From an uncultured Acidobacteriota bacterium (GTDB lineage Bacteria; Acidobacteriota; Thermoanaerobaculia; UBA5066; Gp7-AA6): DNA of 64,000 nt. Of the stretch, positions 48,682 to 63,893 are shown piece by piece (within the stretch, counting starts at the first letter, position 1; every line of letters begins with the position of its first letter). The notes under the pieces were generated by a model that did not search any database, had not been told where the DNA came from, and saw only the letters and a list, made by a program, of their open reading frames with translations. The translations under genes and the position numbers were made by a program. The stretch covers positions 384,001 to 448,000 of the forward strand of contig CAVXTP010000006.1 of NCBI GenBank assembly GCA_963764715.1. Direction: 5' to 3'.

Positions 48682-49462
48682 TGGATTCGCTCGCCTCCCG
48701 GCTCGCCCAGCTGACGCACCTGAATTTCGGCTGGCGCGACGCCCTCGACATCGCGATCGTCGCGGTCATCACCTACGGGCTGCTGCGGCTGATCCGGGGA
48801 ACGCGCGCCGTCCAGATGGTCCTGGGCCTCTTCGCCGTCTTCGCCGTCTACGCGATCGCGGTCTTCCTCAAGCTCGCGGCGCTGACGACGGTGCTCAAGG
48901 CGCTCATCTTCTACGTCCCGTTCGCGATCATCGTGCTCTTCTCGCACGAGCTGCGCCGCGCCCTGGCCGCGTTCGGACGGACGCCCTTCTTCGCGCTCTT
49001 CTCCGGGTATCACGCCGAGGAGGCGATCTCCGAGATCGTCCTCGCCGTGACCTCGCTCGCGGCCCGGCGGGTCGGCGCCCTGATCGTGCTCGAGCGCCGG
49101 GAGGGGCTCAAGACCTACATCGAAAACGGCTCGGCGATCGACTCGGCGGTGTCCTACGAGCTGCTCGTGACGCTCTTCGCCCCGGAACGCCCCTCCACGA
49201 CGGGGCCGTGATCGTCTCGGGCGACCGGATCGCCGCGGCCGCGAGCTTCCTGCCCCTGTCGCTCAAGGAGAGCCTGCCGAAGCGGTTCGGCACGCGGCAC
49301 CGCGCGGCGGTCGGCATCACGGAGGAGACCGACGCCCTGGCGATCCTGGTGTCGGAGGAGCGGGGAACGATCTCGGTCGCCCGCGACGGCGAGCTCCAGG
49401 AGGACCTCGACGGCAAGTCGCTGCGGGACCTTCTCTTCCGCGAATTCGCGGTGCACCGATGA
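48681..49462 (+). CDS. cdaA: Diadenylate cyclase CdaA; frameshift near 49185
   Basis: Three TMs (IRGTRAVQM), GALIV; restoring one base gives TPLHDGAVI; GTRHRAA, VSEE. Confidence 0.9.
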
Positions 49463-50164
49463 GCTTTCCCGGAAACCTCTTCCGCAATCCCGGCACGAAG
49501 CTGCTGGCGCTCGCGATCGCGTGCGTCACCTGGTACGTCCTGACGGGCGAGCGGCGGGAGCGCATCTCCGAGCGCAGCTACCGCATTCCCCTGTCCATCG
49601 TGAACATCCCGGCGGGGACGCTCATCGTCTCGCCGCTGCCGGACGCGGTCGACGTGCGGCTGCGGGGCGCGTTCACGCCGCTCCGGCAGCTCGAGCCCTC
49701 CAAGCTCGAGGCGGTCGTCGACCTCGCCGACGCGGAGCCGGGCGAGAAGCGATACACGCTCGAGCCCGGCGACATCAACGTGCCCCGGGACGTCGAGGTC
49801 ATCGCGATCTCTCCGGCCGGAGATCCGGGTCGTCCTCGACGCCGTCGCCGACAAGACCGTCCCGATCGTCCCGGACGTCACCGGCCAGCCGGCCGCCGAC
49901 TCGCGCGTCGAAGAGGTGTCGGTCGAGCCGCGCCAGGCGCGGCTGCTCGGCCCGGCCCGAACGCTCGCCCGGCTGGTCCAGATCAAGACGGACCCCGTCT
50001 CGGTCGAGGGCCGGGACGCCCCGTTCTCGATTTCGACGACCCTGTCGTCCCAGGCCCCCGGGGTCCGGGTGCGGGAGGGTCAGCTCGTGACGGTCCGCGT
50101 CCGGATCCGCGCGGTCCCCGCACCGACGCCCTCGCCGACGGCGATCCACCCGAGGCGAAAATGA
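49459..50164 (+). CDS. cdaR: CdaR / YbbR-domain protein; frameshift near 49818
   Basis: KLLALAIACVTW anchor; YbbR-like segments VDVRLRG and VEPRQARLLGP in adjacent frames; synteny. Confidence 0.82.
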
Positions 50165-50186
50165 CGCGCACTCCAGGAGGCCAGGC

Positions 50187-51523
50187 TTGAAGCTCTTCGG
50201 GACCGACGGACTGCGCGGACGGGCGGGCGAATATCCCCTCGATCCGGCTTCGGTGAGGCTGCTCGGCCAGGAGCTCGGCGGACGGCTGGCCGATCCGGCT
50301 CCGGCGCGGCGCGCGTCGTCGTCGGCGGCGACACGCGCGAGTCGACGCCGGCGATCGTCGCCGACCTCGCCGCGGGGCTGCGCGACGCGGGCTGCGGCGT
50401 CGCCTCCGCGGGGGTCATCACCACGCCCGGGATCGCCGAGCTCGTGCTCGAGATCGGCGCCGCGGCCGGCGTGGCCGTCTCCGCCTCGCACAATCCCTAC
50501 GAGGACAACGGCATCAAGATCTTCGGCCCCGACGGCCGCAAGTGGCCCGACGCGGAGGAAGAGTTCCTCGAGAAGAAGCTGATCGAGGGGATGGGCAAGG
50601 GCGCGCCGCGCCCGACGCCGGCGCCGCCCGACCCGGACCCGGGCCTCGTCGCAACGTACATCTCGCGGCTGAAGGCCGGGGCGCCCGAGGACCTCGAGGG
50701 CCTCCCGGTGCTTCTCGACGCCGGCAACGGCGCGGCGTTCCAGATCGGGCCGCGCGCCCTTCACCGCGCCGGGGCCCGGGTGACCGCCATTCACGACGCG
50801 CCCGACGGGCGCAACATCAACGAGGGCTGCGGAGCCCTCCACCCCGAGGGGATGGCGGTCATGACGCGCGAGGAGGGCGCCGCGCTCGGCGTGGCGTTCG
50901 ACGGCGATGCCGACCGCGCGATCTTCGCGGACGAGACGGGCCGGATCCTCGACGGCGACGACGTGCTCTGGATCGTGGCCTGCGACTGGAAGGCCCGCGG
51001 CAAGCTGCCGCCCGGAGGCGTCGTCGGCACGGTCATGTCGAACTACGGTCTCGAGGCGGCCCTTCTCCGGGAGGGGATCGCGTTCTCGCGCGCGGCCGTG
51101 GGCGACCGCAACGTCGCGCGCCGGATGGACGAGACCGGGGCGGCGCTCGGCGGCGAGACGTCCGGCCACACGCTGCTCGCTCCCCTGTCGCCGGCCGGCG
51201 ACGGGATCCTGACCGCCCTCGTCGTCGCGTCGATCGTCCAGGCGAGCGGCCGCAAGCTCTCACAGCTCGCGACGCTCACGAAGATGCCGCAGACGCTGCG
51301 CAACATCCGCGTGGCGCGCCGCGTCCCGATCGAGGAATCCCGCGGCATCACGGGGGCGGTCGCCCGCGCCGAGGAGGCCCTGCGGGCCCGGGGGCGGGTC
51401 TTCCTGCGCTACTCGGGCACCGAGCCCCTCCTGCGCATCCTCGTTGAAGGGCCGGACCATGCCGAGGTCCACGCCCTCGCCGACGAGCTCGAGATCGTGG
51501 TCCGGGCCGAGCTCGGCGCATGA
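50187..51523 (+). CDS. glmM: Phosphoglucosamine mutase; frameshift near 50310
   Basis: LFGTDGLRG, GDTRES, SASHNP, FDGDADR, GGETSGH, RYSGTEP. Confidence 0.93.
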
Positions 51524-52200
51524 AGGACGTCCGGGCGGTTCTCTTCGACGCGGGCGGAACGCTCATCCACGTCGACGGCGAGCGGGTCTGCCGCGCGGCC
51601 GCCGTCGCCTTCGAGGATGTGGCGTTCCGGCGCGCGGAGGCCGACGCCGTGGCCGCCGTCCGCGTCCTCGTGCTCGAGCGGCCCGAGTCGCGGGACGCCG
51701 AGCGGATCCCGCTCTACTTCGACACCCTGCTCTCGGGCCTCGGCCTCCGGGAGCCGGCCGACCGCCGGCGCGCCGCGGGCGAGGTCGCCGCCGAGCACCG
51801 TCGGCTGAATCTCTGGTCGAGGCGCGCGGAGGGCGCGCGGGAGACGCTCGGATCCCTGCGCCAGCGGGGCTACCGCATCGCGGTCGTCTCCAACGCCGAC
51901 GGCCGCGTGCGGGGACTCCTCGAGGCGGCGGGACTCGGCCCGCACCTGGAGTTCGTGGTCGACTCGGCCGAGGTCGGGGTGGAGAAACCGGACCCCCGGA
52001 TCTTTCACGCGGCCACCGGCCGGATGGGCCTGCCTCCCGGCGCCTGCGCCTACGTCGGCGACATCTACGAGATCGACGTCGTCGGGGCGGAGCGGGCGGG
52101 CCTGACGCCGATCCTCATCGGGGACGGGCCGGCGCCCGAAGGCACGCGGCGGGTGACGGACCTTTCGACGCTTCTCTCCCTCTTTCCCGGTTTCGCATAG
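51520..52200 (+). CDS. HAD superfamily hydrolase
   Basis: FDAGGTL, VSN, KPDPRIF, VGDIYEID. Confidence 0.9.
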   Translation: MKDVRAVLFDAGGTLIHVDGERVCRAAAVAFEDVAFRRAEADAVAAVRVLVLERPESRDAERIPLYFDTLLSGLGLREPADRRRAAGEVAAEHRRLNLWSRRAEGARETLGSLRQRGYRIAVVSNADGRVRGLLEAAGLGPHLEFVVDSAEVGVEKPDPRIFHAATGRMGLPPGACAYVGDIYEIDVVGAERAGLTPILIGDGPAPEGTRRVTDLSTLLSLFPGFA

Positions 52201-52248
52201 ACTCCGGCCGATTGGCCGGCCACCCGTCGCCGGCCGGAGGAGGTCACG

Positions 52249-52413
52249 ATGGCCACCCGCACGACTCACCGCAGCGTCGCCGGCAAGAAGCTCTACGCGG
52301 TCCGCGACGCGTCCGGGCGCTTCAAGGACATCCAGACCTACGAGCGCGCCCATCGCGCCGACCTCAAGAGGAAGAGCAAGAGCGAAAAGGCCAGGGCCGC
52401 CAAGAAGAAGTAG
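52249..52413 (+). CDS. Small basic protein (54 aa)
   Basis: GGAGGAGG RBS; MATRTTHRSVAGKKLYAVRDASGRFKDIQTYERAHRADLKRKSKSEKARAAKKK; absent from ORF track. Confidence 0.75.
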   Translation: MATRTTHRSVAGKKLYAVRDASGRFKDIQTYERAHRADLKRKSKSEKARAAKKK

Positions 52414-52474
52414 CGGCGCCGCCCGCGATCGCCCCGACCCGTTTCGAGTCGTCGAAACCGCAAAGGAGGGCACC

Positions 52475-53032
52475 ATGGCCGTCGTTTCGGCTGTCCGCAC
52501 CATGGCCGAGCACTGGTGGGTCGTCCTGCTCCGGGGCCTTCTGGCGATCCTGTTCGGCGTTCTCGCCTACACCTGGCCGGGCCTGACCATCCTGTTCCTC
52601 GTGACGCTCTGGGGCGCCTACGCGCTGTTCGACGGCGTCCTCGGCGTCATCGCGGGCATCCGCGGCAAGTGGGGCTCCCTCGTCGTCATCGGCGTGCTCG
52701 GCATCGCGGCCGGCGTCATCGCGTTCCTGTGGCCGGGCCTGACGGCGGTGACGCTGCTCTGGATCCTCGCGTTCTGGGCGATCGTCGCGGGCGTGCTCCA
52801 GATCTCGGCGGCGATTCGCCTCCGCAAGGAGGTCCAGGGCGAGTGGCTCTGGGTCCTGTCGGGGATCCTGACGATCGGACTCGGCGCCCTCTTCTTCCTC
52901 TACCCGGGCGCAGGAATTCTCTCGGTCACCTGGCTGATCGCCGCGCTCGCGATCGTCTGGGGGATTCTGCTGGTGATGCTGTCGTTCAAGCTCAAGGGAC
53001 TGAAGGGAAGGATGGCGGCGCAGCCCGCGTAG
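52475..53032 (+). CDS. HdeD / DUF308 membrane protein
   Basis: WWVVLLRGLLAILFG, six hydrophobic segments, AAIRLRKE. Confidence 0.88.
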   Translation: MAVVSAVRTMAEHWWVVLLRGLLAILFGVLAYTWPGLTILFLVTLWGAYALFDGVLGVIAGIRGKWGSLVVIGVLGIAAGVIAFLWPGLTAVTLLWILAFWAIVAGVLQISAAIRLRKEVQGEWLWVLSGILTIGLGALFFLYPGAGILSVTWLIAALAIVWGILLVMLSFKLKGLKGRMAAQPA

Positions 53033-53035
53033 CTT

Positions 53036-53109
53036 CAGGAGGCAGGAGGCAGACGTCGGGAGGCAGGAAGAGGTCAGCGATTTCCTGCCTCCTGCTTCCT
53101 GCCTCCTGC
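53036..53109. repeat. Heptamer tandem repeats (CAGGAGG) in inverted orientation
   Basis: Five degenerate CAGGAGG units, spacer, four reverse-complement units; between convergent genes. Confidence 0.8.
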
Positions 53110-53116
53110 GGCCTGA

Positions 53117-53332
53117 TCAACCGTACCGCTCCACGTCCGGCGGAACCTTACCGATCACGTTCGGCTCCTGGAAGACCATCGCCGTGCCGGCGATCGGCAC
53201 GTAGATGGTGTGGTTGCCGGCGGCCAGGTCGACGCGGCACTCGTAGTAGCCGTGGGGCGAGATTGTCATCAGCATCGCGGGCTTGTTCTTGAAGTCGAGC
53301 ATCGGGCAGAACAGGATGACTTTGGCGGGCAT
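53117..53332 (-). CDS. Small hypothetical protein downstream of ligA
   Basis: AAGGAG RBS in the ligA tail; 71 aa beta-rich, GC3-biased. Confidence 0.7.
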   Translation of the reverse strand: MPAKVILFCPMLDFKNKPAMLMTISPHGYYECRVDLAAGNHTIYVPIAGTAMVFQEPNVIGKVPPDVERYG

Positions 53333-53335
53333 CGG

Positions 53336-58428
<5,093 letters not shown>

Positions 58429-59469
58429 CGTCCGGTCGAAGCGGACCCGGTAGACGAAGGGCTGACGCCGGAGCCCCCGCTCCTGGTCCGGCTCCCAGGG
58501 CCCCGTGAAGAACGGCAGGAAGCGCAGGTCCTGGATGATGACCGTCGCCCCCCCGCCCGGCTCCGGGTACACCGTCTCGAGCGGGAACCGCGCGAACGCC
58601 AGGTAGATCTGCCAGTCCGTCAGCTTCCGCGCGGCCTCGAGCACGGGCGAGTCCTCGGGCTTCGGGTAGCTCGCCACCTTCGCCCGGGAGGGCGGCGGGT
58701 AGAAATCCGACAGGCTCTGGAGAACGTCGCGCCACCGCTTCGGAGGCTGGGGGTTCTCGATGCCCTTCGCGAACGGGCCGATGTCGAAGAAGGCGACGCG
58801 GATCTCTCCGCCGCTCTCCGAGAGGCCGAGCCAGCGGAACGGCGACAGGAACTGCGGCAGCACGGCGATCCGGGCGTCCGCCGCGGGACGGTCGATGGCC
58901 TTCCAGACCGCCAGCGCGCGGGCGTGGAGCACGGCGCAGGCCGCGATGTACGCCAGGAGCAGACCGGAGCCGACGAGCGCGATGCGCCGCGCCCGGTCCC
59001 GGAAGACGAGCGTGAGGACGAGCGTACCGAGCGAGATGGAAGTGAAGAACGGGTCGAGGATGAAGAGCCAGTCGAGGAAGTAGCGGTGCCGGGTCGCCGG
59101 CGTCCAGAACATGATCCCGAAGGACGTCGCCCAGTCGAAGAGGATGTGGGAGAGGATCCCGATCGATGCGAACACCCAGAGCGTCGCAATCCGCGTCCGG
59201 CGCGCGAAGACCCTCGAGACGAGCGCGAGCCCCAGCGCGAGAAACGGCAGCACCAGGAAAGAGTGGGTCCAGCTGCGGTGGTCGCGCAGGTAGTCCATCC
59301 GGTTGGAGAAGAAGAGAAAGTCGAGGTCCGGCACCATGGCCGAAAACGCGCCGAGGATGAGGGCCGACCAGACCGCGGGGCGCTCGGCGGCCGAGCGGGT
59401 CAGGATCGAGCCCGCGAGGCTGTGGGAGATCGTGTCCATGCGGCAGCGGATGATAACCGGGGGCAACGA

Positions 59470-59511
59470 CAGGATGCAGGAGGCGGGAGGCAGGAGGCAG
59501 GACACGGGATT
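59470..59511. repeat. Heptamer tandem repeat (CAGGAGG-like) x6
   Basis: CAGGATG CAGGAGG CGGGAGG CAGGAGG CAGGACA CGGGATT in a divergent intergenic region. Confidence 0.75.
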
Positions 59512-59529
59512 ACCTGATAACTTGATCGC

Positions 59530-60252
59530 ATGAGCGGGCAGTCGCTCGAGGGCAAGGTCGCGCTGATCACGGGGGGATCCTCGGGTCTCGGCCGGGCCTT
59601 CGCCCGGGCCCTCGCCTCCGCCGGCGTCAAGGTCTTCCTCGTCGCCCGGCGCGAGGAGAAGCTGCGCGAGGTCGCGCGGGAGATCGCTGACGCGGGCGGC
59701 GAGGCCGCGTACCACGTCCTCGACGTGCGCAGCGTGCCGGCCCTCTACGACGCCGTCGACGTGCTGCTCGCGCGCTTCCGCCGGCTCGACATCCTGATCA
59801 ACAACGCCGGCCTCGGGTATCGCGCGCCGCTGCTCGAGGCCAAGCGCTCCGAGATCGCGGCCATGCTCGAGACGGACCTCGCCGCCGCGATCTACCTGTC
59901 GCAGGCCTCTCTGCACGCCCTGCTGCGGAGCGCCCCTTCGGACATCGTGAACATCTCGTCGATCGCGGGCCTCGAGGGCTTCGCCGAAGGCACGGTCTAC
60001 TGCGCCGCGAAGGCGGGGCTCGTCGGCTTCAGCCGGGCGCTCGCCGCCGAGCTGAAGCCGGCCAACATCCGCGTCACGGCGATCTGCCCGGGCTCGGTCG
60101 ACACCGATTTCTTCGAGGACCGGTACCGGCCGACGCTCGACCGCCCCCAGATGCTCACCGTCGACGACGTCGTGGGCGCGCTCCTTTTCGTTCTGACTTC
60201 CCCGCCCAACGTGCTGCACGGCGAAATCGTCCTGCGGCCCCGCCGGGTCTGA
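59530..60252 (+). CDS. Short-chain dehydrogenase/reductase
   Basis: TGGSSGLG, NNAG, YCAAK. Confidence 0.92.
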   Translation: MSGQSLEGKVALITGGSSGLGRAFARALASAGVKVFLVARREEKLREVAREIADAGGEAAYHVLDVRSVPALYDAVDVLLARFRRLDILINNAGLGYRAPLLEAKRSEIAAMLETDLAAAIYLSQASLHALLRSAPSDIVNISSIAGLEGFAEGTVYCAAKAGLVGFSRALAAELKPANIRVTAICPGSVDTDFFEDRYRPTLDRPQMLTVDDVVGALLFVLTSPPNVLHGEIVLRPRRV

Positions 60253-60260
60253 GGGAGCCG

Positions 60261-60944
60261 ATGCCCTCGATTCTCCTGGTCGACGACGCCGGGCTTTTCC
60301 GCGGGGCATCCGAAGAGATCCTGAGACGCACCGGCTGCCAGACGCTCGAGGCCGCCGGCGGGACCGAGGCGCTCGACGTCGCCCGCCGCGAGCGGCCGGC
60401 CCTGATCGTCGTGAGCGCCGGGATGCACGGGATGACCGGCGTCGATCTCGCGCGGGTGCTCAAGGCGGATCCGGCCTTCTCGCGCACTCCCATCGTGCTC
60501 GTCGGCCCTCCCGGGACCGAGCCGGCGGAGGCGGGCGCCGACGCCACGCTTCCGCTCCCGCTCGACCCCGAAGCCTTCTTCGCCGCGCTGCGGAGGTTTC
60601 TCGAGGTCCTGCCCCGCGACGAGGCCCGGTCGGCCGTCGAGTGGTCGATCACTTTCTGGCGCGACGGCGCCCAGCACACCGGCACGATCCGCGACCTCTC
60701 GCGCGGAGGGTTCTTCGTGCGGACCGCCGCCCGCCAGCCGCTCGGGGCCCGGCTCGAAGTCTCGTTCGACGTTCCCGTCGAGCACGGCGTGCGGACGATC
60801 GTGGCCGAAGCGCTCGTCGTCCGCGTCGGCAAGGAGCCGGATCGCGGCCTCGGCTGCCGCTTTTTCCAGCTCTCCGCGGCCTCCAAGGGCCACCTCGAGG
60901 AGTGCCTGCGGATCCTCGCGCTCGGCGATGCGGCCGGGGTCTGA
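60261..60944 (+). CDS. Pseudo-receiver + PilZ domain protein
   Basis: ILLVDD receiver start; PilZ motifs RDEAR and DLSRGG. Confidence 0.8.
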   Translation: MPSILLVDDAGLFRGASEEILRRTGCQTLEAAGGTEALDVARRERPALIVVSAGMHGMTGVDLARVLKADPAFSRTPIVLVGPPGTEPAEAGADATLPLPLDPEAFFAALRRFLEVLPRDEARSAVEWSITFWRDGAQHTGTIRDLSRGGFFVRTAARQPLGARLEVSFDVPVEHGVRTIVAEALVVRVGKEPDRGLGCRFFQLSAASKGHLEECLRILALGDAAGV

Positions 60945-60997
60945 CGTGAATTTCCGGAGCTCCCGAAGACCGACTTCGAAGCCCGGAAATTCAGGTC
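60943..60997. terminator. Inverted repeat between convergent genes, possible bidirectional terminator
   Basis: TGAATTTCCGG ... CCGGAAATTCA arms. Confidence 0.5.
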
Positions 60998-61030
60998 TGA
61001 CCCCAATCCGAACGACGACCGCGCTGGCCG

Positions 61031-61465
61031 CTACGCCTTGCCCGACAGGTCCGTGAGCTCGATGCCCGCGTTCCGGGCGACCTGGAGCGACCGCTCGTCC
61101 CGGTAGAACTCGCCGTAGTACACGCGCGAGAGGCCGGAGTTGGCGATGAGCTTGAAGCAGGGCCAGCACGGGCTCGCCGTCGTGTAGATCTCGGCGCCGT
61201 CGATCGAGACGCCGTTCTTGGCGGCCTGGATGATCGCGTTGGCCTCGGCGTGCACGGTCGCGACGCAGTGCCCGTCCTCCATCGTGCATCCGACGTCCGA
61301 GCAGTGCGGCAGGCCCCGGATGGAGCCGTTGTAGCCGGTCGAGAGGATGGTCTTCGCGCGCACGATGACGGCGCCGACGTGCTTGCGAGGACAGGTCGAG
61401 CGGGTCGCGACCTGCCGCGCGATGTTCATGAAATACGTGTGCCAGTCGACGCGGGTATCCGTCAC
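61031..61465 (-). CDS. dCMP deaminase (ComEB-like)
   Basis: RSTC, TGYNG, HAEANAI, PCWPC. Confidence 0.92.
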   Translation of the reverse strand: MTDTRVDWHTYFMNIARQVATRSTCPRKHVGAVIVRAKTILSTGYNGSIRGLPHCSDVGCTMEDGHCVATVHAEANAIIQAAKNGVSIDGAEIYTTASPCWPCFKLIANSGLSRVYYGEFYRDERSLQVARNAGIELTDLSGKA

Positions 61466-61566
61466 GGGGGGCGATTATGGCAGAGGGGTCAAGGGGATCC
61501 CCGCCGTTGCCGAACGCACCCCGACAGGTCACGGCGGACGGACGGGCCCTGTGCCACAATCGCCGC

Positions 61567-62787
61567 GTGGACCAGCGCCGCGTCGTCATCACCGGATTGG
61601 GGGCCGTCACGTCGATCGGCGGGACGCTCGCGGACTTCTGGAAGAACCTCCTCTCGGGCGCCTGCGGCATCCGCCCGTTTTCCCTGTTCGACGCCGCGTC
61701 CTACCGGACCCAGACGGCGGCGCAGGTCGACGAGATCCCGGACGGGTTCCTGACGCCGGCCGAGCGCCGGCGCATGTCGCGGGCGGACCGGATGGGCGTG
61801 GCCGCGGCGCGCGAGGCGATCGCGGCTTCGGGCCTCGACCTGGGGTCCGAGGACCCGTCGCGCATCGGCGTGATCCTCGGCGGCGGGACCTCGGGGCTCA
61901 TCGACTCGGAGGCCTTCTTCGAGCTCTACCTGCGCGGGCGCAAAGCGCGTCCCTCGAAGGTCCTCAACCACCTGCCGGATTCGATCACCGACCGCGTCGC
62001 GCAGCGCTTCGGCCTCGAGGGCATCAAGTCGACGATCACGACGGCCTGCTCCTCCTCGGCCAACGCCCTGGGATACGCCTTCGACGCGATCTCGGCCGGC
62101 CTCGCCGACGTCGTCGTGACGGGAGGCTCGGACGTGCTGGCGCGGCTGACCTACGGCGGCTTCAACTCGCTGCGCTCGGTGGACCCGGACCCGTGCCGGC
62201 CCTTCGACCGCGAGCGCAGGGGCCTCTCGATCGGAGAGTCCGCCGGCATCCTCGTCTTCGAGGAGGAAGGCCGCGCGCGCCGGCGGGGCGCGCCGGTCGT
62301 CGCGGAGTTCCGCGGCTACGGCGTGACCTCGGACGCGTACCACATGACGGCGCCGGATCCGTCGGGCACGGCCGGCGGGCGCACGATCCGGGCCGCGCTC
62401 AGGAACGCGGGCCTCAACGCCGAGGACGTCGACTACGTCAACGCGCACGGCACGGCGACGCCCCAGAACGACTCGGCCGAGACCTCCGCGCTGAAGGCCG
62501 CCCTCGGGGACCGCGCCCGGAGGATCCCCGTCTCGTCGATCAAATCGATGATCGGGCACTGCCTCTGCGCCTCGGGCGCGATCGAGGCCGTCGCCACCGC
62601 GCTGACCGTGCGCGACGGGCGGGTCCCTCCCACGATCCACTACGAGAACCCGGACCCGGCCTGCGACCTCGACTACGTTCCCAACGCCGCCCGCGAGGTC
62701 GACGTCGAGGTCGCCCTGTCGAACTCCTTCGCGTTCGGCGGCAACAGCTCGGTCGTGGTTCTCTCGCGCTACACCGGCGCGCGGTGA
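61567..62787 (+). CDS. Beta-ketoacyl-ACP synthase (FabF-like, active)
   Basis: RVVITGLG, TACSS, HGTAT, IGH, SNSFAFGG. Confidence 0.92.
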   Translation: MDQRRVVITGLGAVTSIGGTLADFWKNLLSGACGIRPFSLFDAASYRTQTAAQVDEIPDGFLTPAERRRMSRADRMGVAAAREAIAASGLDLGSEDPSRIGVILGGGTSGLIDSEAFFELYLRGRKARPSKVLNHLPDSITDRVAQRFGLEGIKSTITTACSSSANALGYAFDAISAGLADVVVTGGSDVLARLTYGGFNSLRSVDPDPCRPFDRERRGLSIGESAGILVFEEEGRARRRGAPVVAEFRGYGVTSDAYHMTAPDPSGTAGGRTIRAALRNAGLNAEDVDYVNAHGTATPQNDSAETSALKAALGDRARRIPVSSIKSMIGHCLCASGAIEAVATALTVRDGRVPPTIHYENPDPACDLDYVPNAAREVDVEVALSNSFAFGGNSSVVVLSRYTGAR

Positions 62788-63893
62788 TGGGGGGCCGGGG
62801 CCTCGTCACCGGGACCGGCGCGGTCTCGCCGCTCGGGCGCAGCGCACCCGACTTCTATCGCCGGCTGACGGCCGGGGACAGCGCGATCCGCCCGCTGGAC
62901 GCGGCGAGCCGGGGCGACATGCAGGCGACCCACGCCGCGCGCTACGAGGGCTTCTCGCCCCAGCCCGAGATCCCCGCGATGAAGGCCCGGCGCCTCGACC
63001 GCGGGAGCCAGTTCGCGCTCATCGCCTGCGCCCAGGCGATCGCCGAGGCCGGCTGGGCGGTCGCGGAGGATCCGGAAGGAATCGGGATCGCCATGGGAAC
63101 GGGCTCCGCGGGCGCCGGCGCGTTGACCGAGTTCCTCCGGGTGCTGATCCTGGAGTCGCCCGAGGCGGCCCCGCCGTTTCATTTCCCCAACACGGTCGCC
63201 AACGCGCCGGCCTCCCAGGTCTCGATCGAGCTCAAGATCTTCGGCCCGAACGTGACGATCACCCAGAAGGACCCGTCCGCGCTCAACGCCCTGCTCTTCT
63301 CGACCCTGGCCCTGGCGTCGGGACGGGCGCGCGCCATGCTCGCCGGCGCCGTCGACGAGTGGAACGCCTTCTACGCGATGGGATTCGACCGGGTCGGGGC
63401 GCTCCGCGGGGAGAAGCGAGTTTCCGGCATCGTCCAGGGGGAGGGGGCGTTCGTGCTCCTTCTCGAGGAGGAGGCCGCCGCGCGGGCCCGAGGCGCGAAG
63501 GGCCTGGCGCGGCTGGCGGGCATCGCGACCGCCGGGGTGGCCTCCGAGCCGTACCGCTTCGCGCCGGACCCCGCGGCGATGGAGCGCGCCATCCGCGGCG
63601 CGCTCGGCGACGCGGGCGCCGCGCCGGAAAGCGTCGACCTCTGGCTCTCCTCGCGCGACGGCATCGCCGAGATGGACCGCGCCGAGGCGCAGGCGATGGG
63701 CACGGTCTTCGGCGGGCGCCCGCCGCGGGAGCTCTCCGTCAAGGACGCGATCGGCGAGATGGCCGCGGCCGGAGGGGCGCAGCTCGTGGCCGCCGCGCGG
63801 GCCGTCGCCGCGGGGGACGCGAGGCGCGCCGTGATCAACTCCTTCGGCGCCGGAGGCAACTTCCTCGCCGCCGTGATGGAATCCGCGGCATGA
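62787..63893 (+). CDS. Ketosynthase-like chain-length-factor partner (catalytic residues absent)
   Basis: KS fold (FPNTVANAPA, GEGA, NSFGAGG) but TQKDPS in place of TACSS and no His motifs; coupled to the KS. Confidence 0.8.
   Translation: MGGRGLVTGTGAVSPLGRSAPDFYRRLTAGDSAIRPLDAASRGDMQATHAARYEGFSPQPEIPAMKARRLDRGSQFALIACAQAIAEAGWAVAEDPEGIGIAMGTGSAGAGALTEFLRVLILESPEAAPPFHFPNTVANAPASQVSIELKIFGPNVTITQKDPSALNALLFSTLALASGRARAMLAGAVDEWNAFYAMGFDRVGALRGEKRVSGIVQGEGAFVLLLEEEAAARARGAKGLARLAGIATAGVASEPYRFAPDPAAMERAIRGALGDAGAAPESVDLWLSSRDGIAEMDRAEAQAMGTVFGGRPPRELSVKDAIGEMAAAGGAQLVAAARAVAAGDARRAVINSFGAGGNFLAAVMESAA

Noticed and set aside
49209-49211. TGA in cdaA as a second selenocysteine
   Set aside because: It is out of the true frame, a consequence of the indel near 49185.
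48681-51523. Pseudogenised or programmed-frameshift cdaA, cdaR, glmM
   Set aside because: Single-base indels without slippery sites or further decay; glmM is usually essential; assembly error is more likely.
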